From an uncultured Clostridium sp. (GTDB lineage: Bacteria > Bacillota > Clostridia > TANB77 > CAG-508), in NCBI GenBank assembly GCA_947648905.1, contig CANSPP010000001.1, positions 204,114 to 268,113 of the forward strand: a DNA stretch of 64,000 nt, written 5' to 3'. Below the pieces are notes generated by a model. The model was not told the origin of the DNA, searched no databases, and saw nothing but the letters and a program-made list of their open reading frames with translations. The translations under genes were made by a program, and so were the position numbers. Of the stretch, positions 12,411-21,028 are shown one piece after another. Numbering within the stretch: position 1 is the first letter of the stretch; each line of letters opens with the position of its first letter.

Positions 12411-12636
12411 AAAAATCACCTCTAAATAAATATATTCAAGATAAATAAAAAAAGACACAAATTTATAGTTAAAAATTGACATAAAAAGTTAAAAAAAGAC
12501 CTTAAAAACCTTGAAAAATATGGAAAAAAGGAGTATAATAATTAGTAGAGACATTTTATACAAAATACAATTTTGTAAATAAATAAAAAAATGGACATAC
12601 AATAGTAAAAAATATAAAAATGGGAGGAATGTATTT

Positions 12637-15600
12637 ATGAAAAAGACAATGAAGAAATTTTTAATATTAATGATAGCCACTATACTATTATCAAGTGACT
12701 TTTTATTAGTAGGAGCTAATATCTCTCAAGCAGCTGAAGCCGAAGACACTAGCAAAAATAGCCAAGAGGAAACAGCGCTAAATCAAGAGGATGAAAAGAT
12801 GAAAACATTTGAACAAAAAAGTGATAATGTTTCTTTTTGTGTGCAAATGACAAAAGAAATTTATAAAGGGTATTTAAACCAAGTAAATGAAAAAGAAACA
12901 CCATATGAAGAAAACTATCAAATTGAAATAACAGACTTGGAAAACTTAGAATCCCTAAACATCACAAACGAAACAGAAAAATTTGTAGGAGAAGAAATAG
13001 AATATCCTACAAACAACAGTACATATTACAAACAAACAACAATATTAAAAGATAGTATGAAAGATGTATTAGGAAAAGACGGAAAAATAACAATAAAATA
13101 CGAAGATAAAGAAATTATAATAGATGCAAATTCACAAACAAATGAAGCAGGAGAAATTGTAATAGACTATGAAGATGAAAATGTAAACAAATTAGTAATA
13201 GAAACTTCAAAGCCAGAAAAGCTAGGAACACTAGAAATAAAAAATCAAAAAGCAATAAAATCAAACACAGAATACTCAAAAGAACAATTAAAATCAATAC
13301 AAAAACTAGCAGAAACAATAAAATTAAACGACTTAAATAATGACATAGAAATGGAATTATTAGATACAAAACCAGAAGTAAAGCTAGAACTAAATAAAAC
13401 AGACCTATCAACAATGATAGAAAATAACATAGAAATGAGTGTAACACTAAAAACAAATGGAAACCAATATGAATTATATAAAAATCCAAGAATTACACTA
13501 GAATTACCAGAAGAAGTAGAAGAAATCAAACTAAACGCAATAAACCTACTTTACGAAACAGAACTAAAAATTGCAAATTATGAAATACAAGGAAGAACAA
13601 TTGTAATTGAATTAGAAGGTGAACAAACAACATACAAAGAAGCGGGAATAGAAGGAGCATTATTAGTATTAAATGCAAATATGAAACTAAATAAAAAATC
13701 TCCAAATGCAACAAAAACAATAAAAGCAGTAGTAACAAATAATGAAACTACTTGCCAAAATGAAAGAGAAATTAAAGTAATATCACCAAAAGAAATAATT
13801 ACAGTAAACAGCATTGAAGAATTAAATATTGAAACAGTAGGTGAAGAAACAAAAGTAAATACAACATTAGACGTAGGAGCAGAAAACAAACTAGTTAGAG
13901 TTACATCAGAAGTTATAAACAATACAGAAGGAACTATAAATAATACAGCAATATTAGGAAGATTTCCAACAAATGGTGAATTAAAGCTAAATGATGAAAC
14001 TTTAGAAAACAACTTAAATGCAATCATTAGAAGCAATATCACAGTAGATGAAAACAAAGCAGAAGTATATTATTCTAAAAATGCAAATGCAACAAGCAAC
14101 TTAGAAGATGCAGAAAATGGATGGACACAAGAAATAGACAATATGCTAGAAATAAGAAGTTACTTAATAGTTTCAAAAGAACTAGAAATGGGAGAAAACA
14201 TTAGATTTACATATGATGTAGAAATACCAGAACAATTAGTTTATGACCAAGAAGCATATATTGGATACAAAGTGGAATATAGCAAACAACAAATAAGAGA
14301 CAGAAGTAAACTAAATGCCACATATATTAGATTAGGAACAGGAATAGGACCAGACATAGAAACATCTTTATCTGCCACAATAGGTGGAAAAGAAGTGGAA
14401 AGCGGAGCAACAATAAAAGCTGGAGAAGTACTAAAATTAAAAGTTAAAGTTTCAAATATAGGCTCAGTAGATATAGAAAAAGTAAAAATATCAAGCAAGA
14501 TACCCAATGGAGCTCTTTTAGTAGAACCAGTAGAAGATTTTGAATATGCAGGGGCGGTTTATTATAACGAACTAAAAACTGCAGAATATCAAACAGAAAT
14601 AGAAAAACTAAAAGTTGGAGAAACAATAGAAAAAGAATATGAAATAAGAGTAAATAAAGACATAAATGAAACAACTCTAGTAAACAAAGCAAAAGTACAA
14701 TATGATGAAGCAGAAAAAGAAACAAACGAATTAACAGTTGCAACACAAAAGGCAGATATTAGAGTAACAGTTAAAAAGATAACAAAAAGCAATAACCCAA
14801 TATATACAAAAGGTGGATTTGTACGTTACTTCACAATAGTAGAAAATCTAAGTAATCAAACAAAAAATAATGTAGTAGTAAATACAAATATACCAGAATA
14901 TGCTGAAGTAGTAGGAATGTACCTATACAAAGGAACAGCAGAAAAACAAGAATTACAAGACGAAACAATAGAATATAAAAATGAACTAAACATAGGAAAA
15001 TTAGAACCAGGAGAAGTAAAAGTACTAGAATATTCTTGTGACATAAATGATAATAACAACACAGCAAACACAATAAAATTTTCAGCAAATGTAACAGAAG
15101 GTAAAAACACATATCGTTCAAATGAAATAGAAGATAAACTAACACCAATAAATATAGAAATGACAATAACATCAAGTAAAAACTCAACTTACTTAAAATC
15201 AGGAGATGAGGTTAAATTTACAATAGATATAAAACCTAATATGAGCAAAGATGACGTTATAGTAAATGCAACAACAAAAACAACAATACCAGGAGAATTT
15301 ACTGTAAAGAAAATCAGTTACAATGGTGAAGAGTTATCAATTAATGGAAACAAATTTACAATAACACGTACAATGGAAGGAAACACAAAAGGAACAATTG
15401 AAGTAGAAGCTATTGTGGATTACTCAGAAGCAAGAACAGAGCCACAAGAAGTAACAATAGAAAGTATTGCAGAAGTAGCAGACCAACAAGTGGCATCAGC
15501 AAAACAAACATACATAATAGAAAAAGATACAGATAAAACAGATGAAAACAATGGAGAAAATCCAACAATAAAACCAGGAGATGGAAATATAGCAAATGGA

Positions 15601-16623
15601 GATAGAACAATTTCTGGTATAGCTTGGTTAGATGAAAATCAAGATGGTAGAAAAGACAAAAACGAAAAAGTACTAGACAATATAACAGTACAACTATTAA
15701 ATGCAAGAACAAACAAACTAGTAAAAGATAAAGACGGAAAAGTATTAGAAGCAAAAACTGACAATGAAGGAAGATATTTATTAAACAACATAACAAGTGG
15801 AGAATATATAGTAATATTCAAATATGACAACACAGAATATGCATTAACAACATATAAAGTTGCAGGAGCAGACGAAACACAAAACTCAAATGCAATTCTA
15901 AAAGACTTATTAATAGAAAACGAACAACAAAAATTAGCATCAACAGACATAATTGAAGTAACAAACACAAGTATAGAAAACATTAACTTGGGATTAGTAA
16001 CATCACAAATGTTTGATATGAAGTTAGACAAATATGTAAGTAAAGTAATTATACAAAATTCAAAAGGAACAAGAGCAAACGAATATGCAGACGAAACACT
16101 AGCAAAAGTAGAAATAAATAAAAACCAAGTAGCAGAAACAACAGCAATAATTGAATACAAAATAAGAATAACAAACCAAGGTGAAGTAAGCGGATACGTA
16201 AGAAAAGTAGCAGATTACTTACCAACAGGAATGACATTTAACTCAGAGCTAAACGGAACATGGTATCAAACAGAGAACACACTATATACAACAAGTTTAG
16301 CAAATGAAAAAATAGAACCAGGTGAAACAAAAGAAGTAACATTAACACTTACAAAGAGAATGACAGTAAATAATACAGGATCAATAATGAATACAGCAGA
16401 AATTGCAGAAGTATACAACGAACAAGGACTAGCAGATATAAATTCTACACCAGCAAATAAAGTGGAAACAGAAAACGACTTTGGTAAAGCAGAAGTAATA
16501 CTAAGTGTTGGAACTGGTGGAGTAACATATGTAATAATTGCAATAATAACAATAGCAGTATTAGGAACAGTAGCAGTTTTAATCAAGAAAAATAAAATAG
16601 ACCTAAAGAAATTCAAAATATAG
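12637..16623 (+). CDS. giant surface protein, type A unit 1 (signal peptide, DUF11/B_ant-like repeat domains, SdrD-B-like domain, C-terminal TM anchor)
   Basis: 1328 aa; signal peptide MKKTMKKFLILMIATILLSS...AAEA; SGIAWLDENQDGRKDKNE (SdrD B-like); ...ITNQGEVSGYVRKVADYLPTGMTF... (DUF11-like); C-terminal TM + KKNKIDLKKFKI. Confidence 0.85.
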   Translation: MKKTMKKFLILMIATILLSSDFLLVGANISQAAEAEDTSKNSQEETALNQEDEKMKTFEQKSDNVSFCVQMTKEIYKGYLNQVNEKETPYEENYQIEITDLENLESLNITNETEKFVGEEIEYPTNNSTYYKQTTILKDSMKDVLGKDGKITIKYEDKEIIIDANSQTNEAGEIVIDYEDENVNKLVIETSKPEKLGTLEIKNQKAIKSNTEYSKEQLKSIQKLAETIKLNDLNNDIEMELLDTKPEVKLELNKTDLSTMIENNIEMSVTLKTNGNQYELYKNPRITLELPEEVEEIKLNAINLLYETELKIANYEIQGRTIVIELEGEQTTYKEAGIEGALLVLNANMKLNKKSPNATKTIKAVVTNNETTCQNEREIKVISPKEIITVNSIEELNIETVGEETKVNTTLDVGAENKLVRVTSEVINNTEGTINNTAILGRFPTNGELKLNDETLENNLNAIIRSNITVDENKAEVYYSKNANATSNLEDAENGWTQEIDNMLEIRSYLIVSKELEMGENIRFTYDVEIPEQLVYDQEAYIGYKVEYSKQQIRDRSKLNATYIRLGTGIGPDIETSLSATIGGKEVESGATIKAGEVLKLKVKVSNIGSVDIEKVKISSKIPNGALLVEPVEDFEYAGAVYYNELKTAEYQTEIEKLKVGETIEKEYEIRVNKDINETTLVNKAKVQYDEAEKETNELTVATQKADIRVTVKKITKSNNPIYTKGGFVRYFTIVENLSNQTKNNVVVNTNIPEYAEVVGMYLYKGTAEKQELQDETIEYKNELNIGKLEPGEVKVLEYSCDINDNNNTANTIKFSANVTEGKNTYRSNEIEDKLTPINIEMTITSSKNSTYLKSGDEVKFTIDIKPNMSKDDVIVNATTKTTIPGEFTVKKISYNGEELSINGNKFTITRTMEGNTKGTIEVEAIVDYSEARTEPQEVTIESIAEVADQQVASAKQTYIIEKDTDKTDENNGENPTIKPGDGNIANGDRTISGIAWLDENQDGRKDKNEKVLDNITVQLLNARTNKLVKDKDGKVLEAKTDNEGRYLLNNITSGEYIVIFKYDNTEYALTTYKVAGADETQNSNAILKDLLIENEQQKLASTDIIEVTNTSIENINLGLVTSQMFDMKLDKYVSKVIIQNSKGTRANEYADETLAKVEINKNQVAETTAIIEYKIRITNQGEVSGYVRKVADYLPTGMTFNSELNGTWYQTENTLYTTSLANEKIEPGETKEVTLTLTKRMTVNNTGSIMNTAEIAEVYNEQGLADINSTPANKVETENDFGKAEVILSVGTGGVTYVIIAIITIAVLGTVAVLIKKNKIDLKKFKI

Positions 16624-16643
16624 GCGAAAGGAGGATACTTTAA

Positions 16644-19600
16644 ATGAATAAAATAAGAAACATATTAGCAATTTGTATAATAACAATAATAGCAATATTA
16701 GGAATAAACACAACTTCACTAGCAGGCACTTGGTCTCAAGAAGTAGACTGGGATTCATACTATAGAAGCGGAGCTCCAATATCAATAGACTATTACAAAC
16801 ACTATACAGATAACTATATTTACTGTTTGCAAATGGACACAGACTACACAGGTGGTCAAGTATACAAAATAATGACTAAAATAAGTATAGATGGCGATAA
16901 AGCAACAGAATACAATAAAAATATGCAACCAATAAGAACAGTAACAAATGATGACAACATATTAATGGCATATGCAATAAACAATGCTTCAAATATAACA
17001 AATACATATGATTTAAATGCTATTGTAGCTAAAAATATGCAAAAGACACAAAAAACAATGTGGAGAAAAGCTCAAGATTGGCTAGGAAAATTTAATCCAG
17101 CATATAGAAACTGGGCAAGTAACTGTTATATTCATAATGGTGGTGGCTATGGGTTAACAGCATATGATAATCAAATATTTACAATAGAAGAAGCAAAAGC
17201 AAACTTTAGTAAATCAGAAATAAAAGACTTAACAAACAAAAATAACATTAGAATAACAAGTGAAACAAGAAATAATGCAAAATACATAGTAAGTGGACCA
17301 TACAAATGGGACTTTGAAAAATTAGACAAAATAACAGTATCTAATGGAGAAAGAGAACTACCAGAAGCAGTATATAGCGTATATGAAGGAACAACACGTA
17401 AAGATATAAGTGTAAGTCAAATAAAATCACAACAAGATTTCTATGTATCAATACCATTAGAAGCCTTTGAAAAAGGAACAATCAACTTAAAAGGAGAGCA
17501 AAGTGTAACAGTCAATGGTGCAGACCTATGGATTTGGAAAAATATATATTCAAATGCTTACCAAACACTTATGAGTGCTAAACCATCACAAAGAAATGAG
17601 ACAGTAGAACTAAATGCAATATACAACTTAAAAGGAAACTTAGTAGTAATAAAATTTGATAAAGATACTCAAGAAAGACTAGATGGCGTTGGATTTATAA
17701 TTCAAAATACAGTTACAGGTAAATATGTAAGAAAACAAAGCGATGGAACAATATCATATGTAGAAGATAGAAATAATGCAACAGAATTTGCAACAGATGC
17801 AAATGGAGAAATATCATTAGAAAACCTACTAATAGGGGACTACAAAGCATATGAAACAAAAAATCCACACTATGGATATGAAATTTACACAGAAGGATTT
17901 ACAACAACACCTCAAAAACCAGTACTACCTGATACTACATCTAAAATAGATGCACCAAATGAAAGAAAATTCATAAAACTATCAGGATTTGTATGGGAAG
18001 ATATGATAGATGGTAAAAAGGCAATAAGAAATCACAGATACAACACACCAGGAGAAGAAACAGCAGACGGAAATGATAGACTAGTTGCAAATGTAACAGT
18101 AAACCTAAAAGACATAAATGGAAAAATAATAGATACAAAAATAACTGACAGTAATGGAGCATATCAATTTAAAGATGTACTAATAGATGACTTAGATAAA
18201 TATTACATAGAATTTATTTATAATGGAATGAGTTATCAAAATGTAGAAATAGGCGAATTAACAGCAGCAAACACAAGTAAAGCAGCAGAAGGAGAAGCAA
18301 GAAATAAATTTAATAACAAATTCCAAGTAATAACAAACAACAAAGCAAATGGAAGCAATGGAGAATTAGACATAAAATATGATGGAATAACAGAACATAC
18401 AAGTACATTAAACTTTGAAGGAAATCCAACATACGGATATCCAGAAGCAAGTGCACCAATTAACAATACAGCTGAAAAATATCTAATAGATTCAAATACA
18501 AAAAATGCATATAATGGATATTTAAACAAAATACAAACACCAGAACAAATAAGACAAAATGCTACAGAAGAGCTAGGAAACATCAACTTAGGTGTATATA
18601 AAAGAGAACAACCAGATTTATCAATCAAAAAAGATATTAAAAACGTAAGACTTAGTATAAATGGATACAACCATATATATGAATATGAGCAAAGATTTGT
18701 AAATCAAGGTGAATATGGTGACGGATTTAATGTAGGTGTAAAATTCGGAAACAGATACGGAAATATGAAGTATACAAGAGCAATCTACAAAGCAGACTAC
18801 GAATATAAAAACGACATAGACCAAAGTAGAGAGCTAAAAGTATATATAACATACAGAATAGGAATTAAAAATAATTCAAGTACTTTATCAGCAAAAGTAA
18901 ACGAAATTATGGAATACTTTGATAACAGATATGAACAAGACCACATTGTAGTAGGAACAGGAATAAACGAAGAAGGAAACATAACAGGAGAATTAAATTC
19001 AACACTATTAGGAAGCTACAATAACGACTACAGCAAAATGGCTATACACACTGAAGGACTTGGAAATATAGAAAGACAAAGTGCAAAAGACGTATATGTT
19101 CAATTCAAATTTAGTAGAGAAGCGGTAGAACAAATACTAGGTTCAGGAGAAACACTAGACAATATAACAGAAATAACATCATATTCTGTATTTGACGAAA
19201 ACGGAATATATGCAGGAATAGACCAAAATTCAAACCCAGGAAACTGCATACCAGGAAATACAGACACATACGAAGACGATACAGACTATGCACCATCACT
19301 ACAATTAGAAGTAGCGGACCATGCAAGAAAATTAACAGGAAAAGTATTTGAAGATGAAGCATTAAAAGAATTGCTAGAAAAACAAAATATAAGACAAGGT
19401 AATGGCGAACTAGACGACAATGAAGCAGGAATACAAAATGTAGAAGTACAACTTGCAACAATAGACGAAAATGCAAAAATAGAACCAGTAACAACAACAA
19501 CAAACGAAAATGGAGACTTCTCATTTGAAGGATTTATACCTGGAAACTATGTAATAACATATACTTGGGGAGACGAAAAATACACAGTACAAAACTACAA

Positions 19601-20750
19601 GGGAACAATATTTGACCAAGCAAGTCACCAAGGAGACAAATGGTATAAAAACGTAGACAAGAGATTAACAGACGCAACAGACGACTATAACACAAGACTA
19701 GCAATAGATGAAGAATTAAAGACACTAAGACATGACACAAAAACAACAATAGACAAAATGAACTCATATACACCAAACTTTGGAGTAGGAGTAGAATATG
19801 ACTCAGCATATACAGCATCAACAGGAGACCAATATCAATATCTAATTAAAGATGTAGACTTTGGAATAATACAAAGACCAGTACAAAGCTTTGACTTAAG
19901 TAAAGAAGTAAGAAACTTAAAAGTAACATTACAAAACGGTCAAGTAATTGAGGATGCAACAATAAAAGACGGAAAAATAACAGGAACACAAAACAAACTT
20001 GTATATTTAGGACCATTAAAAGGAGTAGACGCAGGATATCCAAATGGAAGTGTAAAACTAGAATTAGACAATGAAATAACACAAGGAGCAGTTGCAGAAA
20101 TTACATACGAAATCGATATAACAAATACAAGTGAATTGGATTACGTAGATGAAGAATTCTACAAATATGGAACAATACCAGAAAGAAGACCAGTAGTAAT
20201 GATGCCAACAAAAGTTATAGACTACTTAGACAAAGGTTGGGCATATGCACAAGACGAAGCAATAAACAAAGAGAATAAGTGGGAAAACAAAGAAATAAAT
20301 GACATAAAAGATGATGTTTCAAATTCAGTATATGAAAATGAACAATCAAAAATAAAAGACAGAATAATATTATATACAAACAAACTAGAAGAAGACAGAA
20401 TAACATTGGCTCCAGGAGAAAAACTAACAAATCCACTAAAATTAAAAGCAACAAAAGTATTAACAACAGTAAATAACAACGATATAGAATTAAACAACGA
20501 AACAGAAGTTATTGAATTAAAGAAAACAGGTGGAAGAACTCTAAAAGACTCAACACCAGGAAATTATGTTCCAGGTTCAGGATATAAGCTAGAAACAGAT
20601 GACGATATGGCAGAGACTTTCATAGTAGCACCAAGCACAGGTGAAAACTTATCATTCTTACTTCCAGTTGTAATTGGAGTTATGACATTAATTATTCTAG
20701 GAACAGGAATTGTAATTATAAAAAGAGAAGTTTTAGACAAAAAGAAATAA
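16644..20750 (+). CDS. giant sortase-substrate surface protein, type B unit 1
   Basis: 1368 aa; RBS aaaggagga 20 nt after the upstream stop; signal peptide; two SdrD-B-like modules (FVWEDMIDGKKAIRNHRYN..., [26 protein letters not shown]...); C-terminal YVPGSG...APSTGE + TM + KREVLDKKK sorting signal. Confidence 0.85.
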   Translation: MNKIRNILAICIITIIAILGINTTSLAGTWSQEVDWDSYYRSGAPISIDYYKHYTDNYIYCLQMDTDYTGGQVYKIMTKISIDGDKATEYNKNMQPIRTVTNDDNILMAYAINNASNITNTYDLNAIVAKNMQKTQKTMWRKAQDWLGKFNPAYRNWASNCYIHNGGGYGLTAYDNQIFTIEEAKANFSKSEIKDLTNKNNIRITSETRNNAKYIVSGPYKWDFEKLDKITVSNGERELPEAVYSVYEGTTRKDISVSQIKSQQDFYVSIPLEAFEKGTINLKGEQSVTVNGADLWIWKNIYSNAYQTLMSAKPSQRNETVELNAIYNLKGNLVVIKFDKDTQERLDGVGFIIQNTVTGKYVRKQSDGTISYVEDRNNATEFATDANGEISLENLLIGDYKAYETKNPHYGYEIYTEGFTTTPQKPVLPDTTSKIDAPNERKFIKLSGFVWEDMIDGKKAIRNHRYNTPGEETADGNDRLVANVTVNLKDINGKIIDTKITDSNGAYQFKDVLIDDLDKYYIEFIYNGMSYQNVEIGELTAANTSKAAEGEARNKFNNKFQVITNNKANGSNGELDIKYDGITEHTSTLNFEGNPTYGYPEASAPINNTAEKYLIDSNTKNAYNGYLNKIQTPEQIRQNATEELGNINLGVYKREQPDLSIKKDIKNVRLSINGYNHIYEYEQRFVNQGEYGDGFNVGVKFGNRYGNMKYTRAIYKADYEYKNDIDQSRELKVYITYRIGIKNNSSTLSAKVNEIMEYFDNRYEQDHIVVGTGINEEGNITGELNSTLLGSYNNDYSKMAIHTEGLGNIERQSAKDVYVQFKFSREAVEQILGSGETLDNITEITSYSVFDENGIYAGIDQNSNPGNCIPGNTDTYEDDTDYAPSLQLEVADHARKLTGKVFEDEALKELLEKQNIRQGNGELDDNEAGIQNVEVQLATIDENAKIEPVTTTTNENGDFSFEGFIPGNYVITYTWGDEKYTVQNYKGTIFDQASHQGDKWYKNVDKRLTDATDDYNTRLAIDEELKTLRHDTKTTIDKMNSYTPNFGVGVEYDSAYTASTGDQYQYLIKDVDFGIIQRPVQSFDLSKEVRNLKVTLQNGQVIEDATIKDGKITGTQNKLVYLGPLKGVDAGYPNGSVKLELDNEITQGAVAEITYEIDITNTSELDYVDEEFYKYGTIPERRPVVMMPTKVIDYLDKGWAYAQDEAINKENKWENKEINDIKDDVSNSVYENEQSKIKDRIILYTNKLEEDRITLAPGEKLTNPLKLKATKVLTTVNNNDIELNNETEVIELKKTGGRTLKDSTPGNYVPGSGYKLETDDDMAETFIVAPSTGENLSFLLPVVIGVMTLIILGTGIVIIKREVLDKKK

Positions 20751-20757
20751 TAAATAA

Positions 20758-20793
20758 AAAATCCAGCTCTTAATTAAAGAGTTGGATTTTTTT
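20758..20793 (+). terminator. rho-independent terminator after unit 1
   Basis: atccagctctt-aatt-aagagttggat hairpin plus T7 run. Confidence 0.7.
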
Positions 20794-20862
20794 GTAATGG
20801 AGAAAACCCTACGTAAATAATAGGTTTAGGAGATTTTATTGAAAATTGACGAAAAAATTGTA

Positions 20863-20991
20863 AAAATGTAATGAAAATGTAAACATAAAGGCAACAGCAA
20901 GCGTCAAACGTCTTTCCCTAAGCGATTAGAAGAGAAAAATAACAGATTAGGAAAAAACTACTATTGTAAAAAATAAAAAATCCTGTATTAT
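20863..20991 (+). promoter_or_regulatory. conserved leader/promoter module upstream of surface-gene unit 2 (direct repeat AATGTAAT-N4-AATGTAAACATAAAG, CTTTCCCTAAGCGATTAGAAGAG box, sigma-A-like promoter ttgtaa...tattat)
   Basis: The same three motif blocks recur at 27891-28018 and 37441-37567, upstream of units 3 and 4. Confidence 0.45.
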
Positions 20992-21028
20992 TAATATTAG
21001 ATAATAATGATATTTTGGAGGGAAACAT

